DNA of 61,498 nucleotides from Candidatus Omnitrophota bacterium (GTDB lineage Bacteria > Omnitrophota > Omnitrophia > Omnitrophales > Aquincolibacteriaceae): assembly GCA_903856085.1 (NCBI GenBank), contig CAIOAT010000020.1, positions 1-61,498 on the forward strand, given 5' to 3'. The position numbers and the translations under genes are program-made. Every line of letters starts with the position of its first letter. The first letter of the stretch is position 1. Under the pieces are notes generated by a model. It saw only the letters and a list, made by a program, of their open reading frames with translations, did no database searches and was not told the origin of the DNA. Below, one piece after another: positions 16,731 through 27,300 of this stretch.

Positions 16731-17957
16731 ATGACGAAACCTGTGGACCCCAGCGAAAAAACATTTCTGGCCCGAATCGAGATCCTGAATCAGCGTATCC
16801 TGGAAGCCAAAAAACATGACCTCTATCCTTACATGCATTCTTCGGATGCCGTGGAGGGAGTCCACGTCACGGTTCATGGACGTCGAATGCTTCAATTTGC
16901 ATCCTATTCCTATCTCGACCTCTTGGGTCATCCTAAAATCAACGCCGCCGCAAAAAGGGCTATCGATGAGTTTGGAACAGGCACCCATGGCGTTCGCTTC
17001 CTTGCGGGAACCACCCGAATCCATGTAGAACTTGAAAAAAAGATCGCTTCGTTTAAGAAAACCGAGGCTGCCGTCGCCGTCGCCTCAGGTTATGGCGCGA
17101 ATTTTGGAACAATCTCCGCCCTGCTCGGCCGCCATGATGTGGTCATTTCCGACAAGATCAACCACGCGAGCATTGTCGATGGCTGCATCCTGTCACGGGC
17201 CCAATTCGTCCGCTTTGAGCATAACGATATGGCGGCCCTTGAAACAGCCCTTGGCGAAGCCCCCAAGAAAGGAACCAAACTTGTGGTGGTGGACGCTGTC
17301 TTCAGCATGGACGGCGACATCATCAACCTTCCCGAAGTGATCAAACTTTGCCGGAAATTCAAAGCCCTGCTCATGATCGATGAAGCACATTCTCTTGGCG
17401 TTCTTGGGAAAAAAGGCCACGGCCTCGAAGAACATTTCGGGATCGATCCGACGGAAGGCCTCATCGATATCAGGATGGGAACCTTAAGCAAAACGATCCC
17501 GAGCATCGGAGGCTACATCGCCGGAAGCACCAAGCTCGTCAATTATCTAAGACATTCCATCCGGCCTTTTATTTTCTCCGCCGCGCTTCCTCCCCCTTCA
17601 GCCGCGGCCGCCAAAACCGCCTTTGAAGTCATCGAAGATGAGCCCTGGCGGGTGGAAAAACTTCAAAAGAACGCGGACTACTTTCTGAAGACTCTTCAGG
17701 CCCGGGGTTTCGACACACTCAAGAGCCAAACCGCGATCGTTCCGATCGTTATCGGGAACGAGGCCAAAGCCCTGGAGATGACACGCCTCACGAGAAATGA
17801 AGGGATCTTCATCGTACCGATCTTGCCTCCTGCCGTACAGCCCAACACCACCCGGATCCGCGCAACCGTAACCGCGGGCCATTCGCTTCAGGAGATCGAC
17901 CGCGCGATCAATACGTTCGAGAAGATCGCAAAATCTCTTGGCATCTTACGTCCCTAG
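16731..17957 (+). CDS. PLP-dependent alpha-oxoamine synthase (BioF/Kbl/Spt family)
   Basis: Motifs present are SYSYLDLLGHP, GTGTHGVRFLAGT, SDKINHASIVDG, FSMDGD, IDEAHSLGVLG and GTLSKTIPSIGG (the PLP lysine). Confidence 0.9.
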   Translation: MTKPVDPSEKTFLARIEILNQRILEAKKHDLYPYMHSSDAVEGVHVTVHGRRMLQFASYSYLDLLGHPKINAAAKRAIDEFGTGTHGVRFLAGTTRIHVELEKKIASFKKTEAAVAVASGYGANFGTISALLGRHDVVISDKINHASIVDGCILSRAQFVRFEHNDMAALETALGEAPKKGTKLVVVDAVFSMDGDIINLPEVIKLCRKFKALLMIDEAHSLGVLGKKGHGLEEHFGIDPTEGLIDIRMGTLSKTIPSIGGYIAGSTKLVNYLRHSIRPFIFSAALPPPSAAAAKTAFEVIEDEPWRVEKLQKNADYFLKTLQARGFDTLKSQTAIVPIVIGNEAKALEMTRLTRNEGIFIVPILPPAVQPNTTRIRATVTAGHSLQEIDRAINTFEKIAKSLGILRP

Positions 17958-17984
17958 CTCTTTTAAAACACTCGACATGCGATC

Positions 17985-18761
17985 ATGAACAAAGGATACG
18001 TACTGATCACCGGAGCCTCTGAGGGCATAGGTTATGAATTCGCCAAGCTTTTTGCCCATCACGGTTTTCCCCTTGTACTTGTCGCCCGCAACAAAACCCG
18101 TTTAGACTCACTCGCCAAAGAATTAACCGCGACCGATCACGTTGACGTAAGAACAATCGTAAAAGATCTGAGCCTCCCTACCGCTGCGGAGGAGCTAAAA
18201 ACCGCGATCGATGATCAAAAGATCGCCATCGAAATTCTGATCAACAATGCCGGCTTTGGCGTCCACGGCCTTTTCCATCATGCTGATTGGAAAGCCACCG
18301 AAGCCATGCTAAATCTCAACATGATCACCTTGACCCATTTGACACGGCTTTTACTCCCCGACATGGTCGGAAAAGATCGCGGAAAGATCCTGAATGTAGC
18401 ATCGACGGCTGCTTTCCAGCCGGGTCCCCTGATGGCCTGTTATTTCGCTTCCAAAGCCTATGTTCTTTCTTTCTCCGAAGCCCTCGCCAACGAACTTTCA
18501 GGGACCGGCGTCACAGTCACGGCTTTTTGCCCCGGCCCCACACGGACACAATTTCAGAAACGCTCCAACACAGAAAATATCCGAGAGAATTCTTTCGCCA
18601 TGGACGCGGCAACAACCGTAGCCGTGGCTTACAACGGCCTGATGATGGGTAAAACTCTCGTGATCCCAGGATTCACGAACAAACTTTTGGCAATCTTGGT
18701 CCGTCTCGCCCCACGAAAGCTTGTGATACGAATAACGCGTTATCTTGAGGAAAACGGTTAA
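17985..18761 (+). CDS. Classical short-chain dehydrogenase/reductase (SDR)
   Basis: Motifs present are ITGASEGIG (TGxxxGIG), NNAG and the YFASK catalytic YxxxK. Confidence 0.9.
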   Translation: MNKGYVLITGASEGIGYEFAKLFAHHGFPLVLVARNKTRLDSLAKELTATDHVDVRTIVKDLSLPTAAEELKTAIDDQKIAIEILINNAGFGVHGLFHHADWKATEAMLNLNMITLTHLTRLLLPDMVGKDRGKILNVASTAAFQPGPLMACYFASKAYVLSFSEALANELSGTGVTVTAFCPGPTRTQFQKRSNTENIRENSFAMDAATTVAVAYNGLMMGKTLVIPGFTNKLLAILVRLAPRKLVIRITRYLEENG

Positions 18762-18868
18762 CAGTTAGAATTCAATCCCTGTTAAAAACCCCTTGCAAAT
18801 TCACTCCACATCGGTAGACTTCACCCCGTACCAGCAATCAAATCCTCTATACAAAAGGAGTTACATCC

Positions 18869-20656
18869 ATGTCTACACCGCTTGAAAGATGGGTAGAAGA
18901 ACAAGCCAAACTGACCAAGCCTTCCAAGATCCATTGGTGCGATGGCACGGAATCTGAGGCTAAAAAGCTGATCGAGATCGGCATCAAGGAAGAAACGATC
19001 AACGGTCATCCCGTCTTTCAAAAACTGAGCGACAAACATTGGCCGAACGCCTATTACCACCAATCTCATCCCAATGACGTCGCCCGAACCGAACAGTTGA
19101 CCTTCGTTTGTCACCCGGAGAAAGAAACTGCGGGTCCTAACAACAACTGGATGGATCCAAAGGAAGCCAAGGAAAAACTCACAAAACTTTTTGACGGCTG
19201 CATGAAAGGCCGCACGATGTACGTCATGCCGTACATGATGGGTCATCCAAAATCTCCTTACGCCAAAGCCTGTGTCCAGATCACGGACAACAGCTATGTC
19301 GCCGTGAGCATGCGCATTATGACCCGCATGGGCAAGGAAGCACTTGACCGCATCGGGAGCTCTGAAAATTTCGTCCGGGGTCTTCACTCGGTCGGGGACC
19401 TCAATCCCGAACGCCGTTTCATCATGCATTTCCCCAAGGAGAACCTCGTTTGGAGTTTTGGCTCGGGCTATGGCGGGAATGCCCTGCTCGGTAAAAAATG
19501 TTTCGCGTTACGCATCGCTTCCTGCATGGGGCAAAAAGAAGGCTGGCTTGCCGAGCACATGCTCATCATGGGGATTGAAGATCCCAAGGGCCAGGTCACT
19601 TACGTTGCGGCGGCTTTCCCCTCGGCCTGCGGCAAGACGAATCTCGCCCTGATGCAATCCGCTTTACCAGGCTACAAAGTCTGGACCTTGGGCGATGACA
19701 TCGCATGGCTTAATGTCGGCCCAGACGGAAGGCTTTATGCCATCAATCCTGAAGCCGGATTTTTCGGGGTCGCTCCCGGAACTTCGCTTAAAACGAATCC
19801 GAAGATGATCGAGACTCTCAAGAACAACAAATTCTTTCCCACGCTCTACACCAATACCGCGATCGATAACGACATGAACGAACCGTGGTGGGAAGGTCTG
19901 GATGGCGCGATTCCGAAAAACGTCACCGACTGGCAGGGTCAGGCTTGGGATCCTTCCAAAGGAACCAAGGCCGCACATGCAAATTCCAGGTTCACGGTGT
20001 CGATCCTCAATTGTCCCACGCTTTCCAAGGAATTCGACAACCCCCAGGGCGTCCCGATCTCAGCCATTATCGTGGGTGGTCGGCGCAGCAAGCTGATCCC
20101 GCTGGCGATGGAGGCCTTCAGCTGGCAGCACGGCGTATTCCTCGGCACCCGGACCGGCTCCGAGACCACCGCCGCAGCCGCAGGACAGGTCGGCGTGATC
20201 CGCCGGGACCCGATGGCCATGCTCCCCTTTTGTGGTTACAACATGGGAGATTATTTTAGCCATTGGCTCGATGTCGGAAAGAAACTCAAGCATCCGCCCA
20301 AGATTTTTTCTGTCAATTGGTTCCGCACAGACGAATCCGGCAAATTCATGTGGCCGGGCTTTGGCGACAATATCCGCGTGATCAAATGGATCATCGACAG
20401 GGTTCAAGGCAAAGTTGCCGCAAAAGAAACTGCCCTCGGACTTCTCCCGGAATTGAAAGATCTCGATCTTTCGGGGCTCAATATTCCCCGCGAAACCGTG
20501 GACAAACTTTTCGCGATCGACCCTTCGGAATGGACTGCGGAGCTTCAGGATATTGAGAAATATCTTTCGCAATTCGGACCCCATACGCCGGAAGCGATCT
20601 GGCAGGAATATCGTGATCTTGCGGATAAATTAGGCCAAACCGCAGGAAAAAAATAG
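18869..20656 (+). CDS. pckG: GTP-dependent phosphoenolpyruvate carboxykinase
   Basis: The protein has the typical length (595 aa) and the AFPSACGKTNLA kinase-1a motif of PEPCK-GTP. AAGGAG lies upstream of the ATG. Confidence 0.95.
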   Translation: MSTPLERWVEEQAKLTKPSKIHWCDGTESEAKKLIEIGIKEETINGHPVFQKLSDKHWPNAYYHQSHPNDVARTEQLTFVCHPEKETAGPNNNWMDPKEAKEKLTKLFDGCMKGRTMYVMPYMMGHPKSPYAKACVQITDNSYVAVSMRIMTRMGKEALDRIGSSENFVRGLHSVGDLNPERRFIMHFPKENLVWSFGSGYGGNALLGKKCFALRIASCMGQKEGWLAEHMLIMGIEDPKGQVTYVAAAFPSACGKTNLALMQSALPGYKVWTLGDDIAWLNVGPDGRLYAINPEAGFFGVAPGTSLKTNPKMIETLKNNKFFPTLYTNTAIDNDMNEPWWEGLDGAIPKNVTDWQGQAWDPSKGTKAAHANSRFTVSILNCPTLSKEFDNPQGVPISAIIVGGRRSKLIPLAMEAFSWQHGVFLGTRTGSETTAAAAGQVGVIRRDPMAMLPFCGYNMGDYFSHWLDVGKKLKHPPKIFSVNWFRTDESGKFMWPGFGDNIRVIKWIIDRVQGKVAAKETALGLLPELKDLDLSGLNIPRETVDKLFAIDPSEWTAELQDIEKYLSQFGPHTPEAIWQEYRDLADKLGQTAGKK

Positions 20657-20693
20657 CTCCTCGCGAGGACGCCGTAAAATCCGGCGAGAAATT

Positions 20694-20738
20694 AAAAGGC
20701 AGGCGCCACTGTTCGCAGGGGTACCTGCCTTTTTTTTA
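20694..20738. terminator. Bidirectional intrinsic terminator between convergent pckG and metH
   Basis: The sequence is AAAA-GGCAGG..(GCAGG-GGTA)-CCTGCC-TTTTTTTT, a GC stem flanked by an A-run and a T-run. Confidence 0.6.
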
Positions 20739-23700
20739 TACGCTGAAGTACTTCGCCTGGGGATGATGAACAATGATGGCGGAAGTGGATTGCTCCGGCG
20801 CCATCTGGAAGGTTTCGCTTAAAGTAATCCCGATCTTCTCCACCGGAAGAAGCTGGAAAAGTTTTTTCTGGTCCTCAAGATTCGGGCAGGCCGGATATCC
20901 AAAGCTATAACGCGACCCCTGATACCCTTGCCGGAAGATCTCATCTTTCGTACGTTTATCTTGTTTATCGATCCCAAGATCGCGGCGGATCAGAAGATGT
21001 GTGTACTCCGCCAAGGCCTCGGCAGCCTCGACGGAAAGTCCGTGAAGATAAAGATATTCCGTGTACTTATTCGCCTTAAAGAGTTTCTGTTCCATCTCAC
21101 TGGCGCGCTTGCCGACGGTCACCGAGTGGAAAGCCACGACGTCAAGCTCTCCCCCCTTCGGCCTGAAAAAATCCGCGATGCACTGATAAGGTTCCCGTGA
21201 TTGCCGCGGAAATGTGAAGCGGGTCAACTCACTCTGAGCGGCCCCATCCAACACCACGAGGTCATCTCCCTCGGAATAACATTTGTAAAAACCATAGATG
21301 ACTTTCGGCTCGAGGATTTTCTCGCGAACCGTCTGGTCCTTGAATCGCTCGAAAATAGGCTCCACATTCTCCTGAAGATAAAGTTCAAATTCGCGCGGAG
21401 TCCTTTCCCCATGCTTGAACTGCCACTGAGATCGGTAAAGCGCGATCTTGTTGACCCACGGGAATACATCCTGCATACGGATATTCTTCAGAATGCGGTA
21501 ACCGAAGAACGGCGGTTTTGGAATGGGATTATCACGATGGACATGAAAAGAGGGTCCCTTTTGAACGACACCTTGAATGGTGCCAGGCACGAAAGCTTTC
21601 GGAAGGGTCCCCGGTACCGTTTGAGGCTGGGAGATTTTAGCCTCCTGTTTATTCAGAACTAGAACGTCCGGCTTGGGGGCTGGGATCTCGGGTTTTTCTT
21701 GTTTTTCCAATTTTTCTGGAACCGACCCTCTTTTGATCCCCTCCATGATCTTAAGGCCGGAAAAAGCATCTCGACCGTAATGAACGGGGCCCTGATAGAC
21801 CTGGGCAAGATCACGCTCCACATAGCGTTCCGTGAGTGCCGCACCTCCGCAGATCACCGGCAACTTGATCCCTCGCCGGTTCATTTCCTCAAGATCTTCT
21901 TTCATGACAAGCGTCGATTTCACGAGAAGCCCGGAAAGCCCGATCGCATCGGCATGGTTCTCGACCGCGGCTTTCACGATCGCATCCACCGGTTGTTTGA
22001 TCCCGATATTGAAGACCTTGTAGCCGTTATTGGTGAGGATGATGTCGACTAAGTTCTTCCCGATGTCGTGAACGTCGCCCTTGACGGTCGCAAGCACGAT
22101 CCTGCCACGCTCCTGCCCCTCTTTTTTCTCCATGAACCGCTCGAGATATGCCACGGCCTTTTTCATGACTTCCGCCGATTGGAGCACGAACGGAAGCTGC
22201 ATCTTGCCGGCACCGAAAAGCTCCCCGACCTGTTTCATGCCATCCAACAGAAACTCATTGATGATCTCAAGCGGCTTGTATTTCTTGAGGGCCTCATCAA
22301 GATCCGCGCCAAGACCGTCCGCACTTCCGTCGAGGATGTGATTTTTCAGGATCTCCTCGATCGTACCAGCCCTTTCACGCGGCTGTTCGGCAATTCCCTG
22401 TTTCTTCTCAAAATGTGCGATGAACTCCTGGAGAGGATCCTTCCCGTCGATCCATTTGTTGTGGAGCAGCCGTTTCGCAGCCTCAAGGTCATCCGCCGCG
22501 ATCTTGAAAAGGGGCACTATCTTTTTGGCATGTACGATTGCGGCATCCAGTCCCGCTTCCAGACATTCATGAAGGAAAACACTGTTTAAAATCTGGCGCG
22601 CGTGCGGTGCGAGCCCGAAGGAAATATTACTGACCCCGAGAATGGTGTGAACCCCGGGGAGTTCTTTTTTAAGACGGCGGATCGCCGCGATCGTTTCGGG
22701 TGCCGCATTGCGAAACTCTTCACTGCCGCTTCCAAGCGTAAAAGTCAGCAGATCGAAGAAAAGATCTTCCGGCCGGATACCGTATTGCTGGGTCACGATC
22801 TGATAAATCCTCTTGGCGATACGAAGCTTTTCTTCCCGCGTCTTCGCCATGCCTTTTTCATCGATCGTCAGCACCACCAACGCAGCCCCGTACTTTTTCG
22901 CCATAGGACAGATCTTGCGCAGCCGCTCGCCACCATCCTCAAGATTGATCGAATTGATGACGGGTTTTCCCGCAACATGCTTCAGAGCCTCCTCGATCAC
23001 CTCAAATTCCGTCGAATCGATCATCACGGGTACCGTCACCTGCTGGTTGAAACGGCTGATCGCTTCGACCATATCCTTCTTTTCATCGCGGCCGACATAA
23101 GCCACGCAAAGGTCCACAAGATGCGCGCCTTCTTTTACGGCTTCGCGCGCCACACCCACAATCGCGTCATAATCTTCACGTTCCAAGAGCTGCTTGAATT
23201 TTTTACTGCCGTTCGCATTGGTCTGTTCCCCCACAAGAAGGGGCGCGGGTTTCTGCGTGTAGTTCGCAATCCCATAGAGACTCGCGCAGGACGGCTCATG
23301 TTTAGGCTCCCGCTTTTTCGGAGCACATTTTCCGACCCGATCCACCACAGCCTTCAGATGTTCGGGCGTGGTGCCGCAGCAGCCGCCCACGATCGAGACT
23401 CCGAACTCCTTGACGAACCGCTCATGAAAATCTGCGAGTTCCTTGGGAGTCAGATGATAATGGGCCACGCCTCCGACATTCTCCGGAAGACCGGCATTCG
23501 GCAGCACCGAAATATGTTTCACAGAGCTCTCACAAAGCGTGCGCACGTGTTCCGCCATTTCGGCGGGACCTGTCGCGCAATTCATCCCGATCACATCCAC
23601 CGGGAACATTTCAAGCGTGGCGATCACGGCCTGAATGTCTGTCCCGAGCAGCATGGTGCCCATAGATTCCAAAGTAACCTGAGCCATGATCGGAAGTCTT

Positions 23701-24254
23701 TTACCGATTTCCTTGAAATATTCCACCGCAGCGATGATCGCGATCTTGGTCTGGAGCAGATCCTGGCAGGTCTCGATCAAGAGCCCGTCCACCCCGCCCG
23801 CGATGAGCCCCTGATATTGTTCTTTGTAGGATTCCTTGAGCTCATTAAAACTGATATGCCCAAGCGACGGAAGCTTGGTCCCGGGACCGACGGAACCCAT
23901 GACAAATCGCGGATGATCCGGCGTGGAATATTTGTGGGCGAGTTCTTTGGCGAGTCGCGCGGCTTTTTCATTGAGCTCCACGACACGGTCTTGTAAGCCG
24001 TACTCCGCCAGGACGATGCGGTTAGAGCCGAACGTGTCGGTCTCGATCACATCGCAGCCCACTTTGAGGAAATCTTCATGGACCTTGCGGATGGCATCGG
24101 GCTTGGTGATAACCAAGTACTCATTGCACCCGTCTTTGCCGCCAAAATCCTGAGAAGTGAGATTGAGCATCTGGAGATTCGTCCCCAACGCCCCGTCGAA
24201 CACAAGGACCTTCTCATTAAGTTTTTTAAGGATGGGATGGCTCATAGATGACAC
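20736..24254 (-). CDS. metH: Cobalamin-dependent methionine synthase
   Basis: The 1172-aa protein has the full domain order: Hcy S-methyltransferase, pterin-binding, B12-binding (DVHDIGKN) and AdoMet-activation domains. The start is either GTG at 24254 or ATG at 24245. Confidence 0.95.
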   Translation of the reverse strand: MSSMSHPILKKLNEKVLVFDGALGTNLQMLNLTSQDFGGKDGCNEYLVITKPDAIRKVHEDFLKVGCDVIETDTFGSNRIVLAEYGLQDRVVELNEKAARLAKELAHKYSTPDHPRFVMGSVGPGTKLPSLGHISFNELKESYKEQYQGLIAGGVDGLLIETCQDLLQTKIAIIAAVEYFKEIGKRLPIMAQVTLESMGTMLLGTDIQAVIATLEMFPVDVIGMNCATGPAEMAEHVRTLCESSVKHISVLPNAGLPENVGGVAHYHLTPKELADFHERFVKEFGVSIVGGCCGTTPEHLKAVVDRVGKCAPKKREPKHEPSCASLYGIANYTQKPAPLLVGEQTNANGSKKFKQLLEREDYDAIVGVAREAVKEGAHLVDLCVAYVGRDEKKDMVEAISRFNQQVTVPVMIDSTEFEVIEEALKHVAGKPVINSINLEDGGERLRKICPMAKKYGAALVVLTIDEKGMAKTREEKLRIAKRIYQIVTQQYGIRPEDLFFDLLTFTLGSGSEEFRNAAPETIAAIRRLKKELPGVHTILGVSNISFGLAPHARQILNSVFLHECLEAGLDAAIVHAKKIVPLFKIAADDLEAAKRLLHNKWIDGKDPLQEFIAHFEKKQGIAEQPRERAGTIEEILKNHILDGSADGLGADLDEALKKYKPLEIINEFLLDGMKQVGELFGAGKMQLPFVLQSAEVMKKAVAYLERFMEKKEGQERGRIVLATVKGDVHDIGKNLVDIILTNNGYKVFNIGIKQPVDAIVKAAVENHADAIGLSGLLVKSTLVMKEDLEEMNRRGIKLPVICGGAALTERYVERDLAQVYQGPVHYGRDAFSGLKIMEGIKRGSVPEKLEKQEKPEIPAPKPDVLVLNKQEAKISQPQTVPGTLPKAFVPGTIQGVVQKGPSFHVHRDNPIPKPPFFGYRILKNIRMQDVFPWVNKIALYRSQWQFKHGERTPREFELYLQENVEPIFERFKDQTVREKILEPKVIYGFYKCYSEGDDLVVLDGAAQSELTRFTFPRQSREPYQCIADFFRPKGGELDVVAFHSVTVGKRASEMEQKLFKANKYTEYLYLHGLSVEAAEALAEYTHLLIRRDLGIDKQDKRTKDEIFRQGYQGSRYSFGYPACPNLEDQKKLFQLLPVEKIGITLSETFQMAPEQSTSAIIVHHPQAKYFSV

Positions 24255-24362
24255 ATCTTAACACGGGAAACACGGAACGGGGAATGGGAAACAAAAAAAA
24301 CATAAAACGAACTCGCCACCCGCCTGACGTTTGCTATCGGATCGGTGCCCGTTCTCCGCGGC

Positions 24363-27300
24363 TTAAGCAGAAGCGGAGATCTCACGCTCCGCTGCCGCGA
24401 TATGCTGCAGAAAGGCCGCGACGATGGCAATGCCCTGCCCAATCCGAAATGCGGCCGAGGCAAACAGATCCGGAAGAGCATGCCGTAGAGTCGTCGCGTT
24501 AATATCCGATGTCGCAGTTTTCGCAAAGTAGCGTGACAGCGCAGGAAGAAGCAGGATGCCGTATTCTTTCGGGATCTCAGAGCGGACCACACGCTGCCAT
24601 TCGGAGATCTTTTGGGCCATCGCCTCCTCAGGAAAGAAAATTCCGAATTTCCCTCTAAATTGTTCGTTTTCAAAAACGCTACGGCTAAGCTCTGCGGCAA
24701 TATCTTCCGGATCCTTCCCCCCGATAAAATGAACGCCGCGAAGCATCCCGGTCCCGGATTTTGAAAGCTCGGTCTCAAACTTTAGAAGTTCGGCCTTGTT
24801 CTCCGAAACGAGCGTGATCCGGTACTGCTTGCCCGTCGCATCTCCCACGGCTTCAAATCCCTGTTGAACGGTCAAGATGAACTTCGTCAACCGGTCTTTC
24901 ATCTCCGGAGAATAGAAAATAACAGGCGCCATACCGCCAACTTCGCGCGTCCGGATTGATTCGGCAAGCGAATTTAAATCCGTCTGAAAGAGTTTCTCGG
25001 CTAAACGCTCCATTTTTTCACGGCTCAAATTCTTTTCACGTAGCACACGTTCCAGCTCCTGGAAGGCCACGGCCTGCCCTGTTTCCCCCGTGATCATCTC
25101 CGCCATTGCTTGTGGCAGGATCTGCTCCGCCAGACTGGCCCGGAGATCCCGGATGACATCTTCAATATTCACCCGCACCGCCGCGATGAGATTTGTGAGC
25201 TCGTTTTGGCCTATCGGTTTCCCCTCGACTACGGCCCTCGCGATCCCTGCATATAAATCGGTTTTTGCTTCTACGACTCGAGACTCCGAACGAATGGTTA
25301 TGGGAGTCTTCGGTGCCGAAACAACACCCCGAACAAAAAGTGCGTGCGATGTATCCGAAGATAAGGCGAGTGGGTCCGATGAACGTATCGTGGCCCACTG
25401 CGTCGAATGTTCAAAGATCGCCGCGGCATCAGAGGCTGGAGTATGGGCACCCTCCACCCGGTCAAAAATGCCTTTCTGTGCACATTGGAGCATAAAAGAA
25501 ACGTCTTCGGACTTTGCCGGATAAAAAACTGTCACAAATCCCTCTTCCCCCCCGGATCTTTCAGATGAAATCTCCCCCGAGATCCAATGCATAACAGCAG
25601 AGCTAAATCCTTTATGAGTATCACTTTTATCAAAAATATGAATACTAATATATGCTTTCCGATCGGTCCGGCTGGCCGCGGCATAAACAACCCCGACGGG
25701 TCTTTCTTTTTCAAACAGAAAATACCAATTCGAAGAGTAGGCCTTCAAAGAAAGATGCTTCTCCTCCGACAGAACTTTATCCCTACCATCCAGACTTTCA
25801 TGCCAGAAATGGTCATGACCCCTGAGCTCCTTAAAGATTACAAAAAAATCTGTTAAACCCAGGATAAGATCGGGTTGGGGGACAAGTTTTGAGAGCTGCG
25901 CCATAAAAGAAGGCGTTCGACGATCGGTAGCGATCATATCGATACCAATCATTTTCTGTACAAGCTCCGCGATAACGCTTTTCACCATATCTCCGGTACC
26001 CTCTCGCACAAGATAGAATGCAACGCGTTGGACAACTGGGGCCTCAAGAAACGGCTGTCGGCGACAAGCCTCAATGATCGTGTTAAGAACCGAATGATTC
26101 ACACAGCACGGCACACGTGATGGATCAGCGGAAGCAAGTATCAGCACATCAAGAGCAGTCAGCAAAAGCTCTTCATCACCACGTTCCTGAAGGTGAATTA
26201 AACGCTCCACAATTTCCGGATAACGACGGGCGCTCAAAAGCGTCTCGATTCCGTCTTGATCTCCATGACGCGCAGGAACGGTTGTCAAAACGATCTTCTC
26301 AGTTCGAAGATCGCTCACCGCCTCGGGTGTCTCCGAAGACGGACCGAAAGAATGTTTGAAGCCGTACGCGGCCAATCGTTGGATAATATTAGCCCTTCCT
26401 TCAGAGCCGATATTTCGAATGCTTTCTAACTCCACCTCGGAGAGCTGACGGAGCTGACCAATGGTCGTTATCTCATGCTGGATGAGAACGTTCCTGACTC
26501 GCTCATCAAGCTCCAAAAGCTCGATCCTGTCATTATCCGTTAATTGTCTCTCCTTATCGCTAAGGGACGGCAATCCATTGCGGGCTAAACGTTCGTTGAT
26601 GTGCTGCAATATCGTTGACGTCGCTTCCCCTGCGGCTTGAAGCTTACGCGGCGATATCGCAAGCAATTCCCCAATCGTCTCGATTTGAAGTCGCGTCATC
26701 ACCCTCATCGCCGCAGCATTCAGACGTAGATACAAAACCGGATGTTCCGGTCCGAGAGGTTGGGCCCTGTAGATCTCGTAATATTGCTCCATCTTATGCA
26801 ACGCTCTCCTGAAACGGAACCAAGCCGCCTTAGCCCCGCTAGTTCCCTTTTCCCTGGCTGCCTCCGAAATCGATTTCGGATTGGTGTCAACAACTTGCCG
26901 GATCAAATCCTTTTGCGAATCAATCAGAACCTCAGAGGATTGAAGTACAAAACTGAGATAACCCTGATCCCGTAAGAACGAGTAGTCTTCCCGGAGCCTT
27001 TCCTGAAAACTCAGCTTGGGGGTGCTCGGAGAGATGGCCGTAACCACAGCCGAAGATTTATCGATCTTTTTTATTTCGATCACACGATTGCGGTTCTTTT
27101 CAAAATAGCCCCCGATCACAATCTGGTCACCTTCCCGAACCGTAACAATTGAAATAGCGGATTCCCCGGAGAAAATCTGGCCAAGCGCCATGGGCTCGGC
27201 CTTCACGGCAAGCGGATCTTTTTTTCGTTCCTGCTCGACAAATGCAGCGAATTGATCGCCTTGCCCAGAAATCAAATGGACATGCCTTGGAACCGCATCG

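Noticed and set aside
18821-20584. Minus-strand ORFs of 202, 104, 93 and 174 aa.
   Set aside because: They are antisense to pckG, which is unambiguous on the plus strand.
22602-23996. A 464-aa plus-strand ORF (plus several shorter ones between 20928 and 24153).
   Set aside because: It lies entirely antisense to metH, whose minus-strand translation carries unmistakable MetH domains. The plus-strand product is R/H/F-rich low-complexity sequence with no motifs, typical of shadow ORFs.
24255-24362. A possible cobalamin or SAM riboswitch or terminator between the giant gene and metH.
   Set aside because: The gap is only 108 nt. I could not find a B12-box, conserved riboswitch helices or a convincing GC hairpin + U-tract. 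The simplest reading is read-through or a short leader, but I cannot exclude a small regulatory element.
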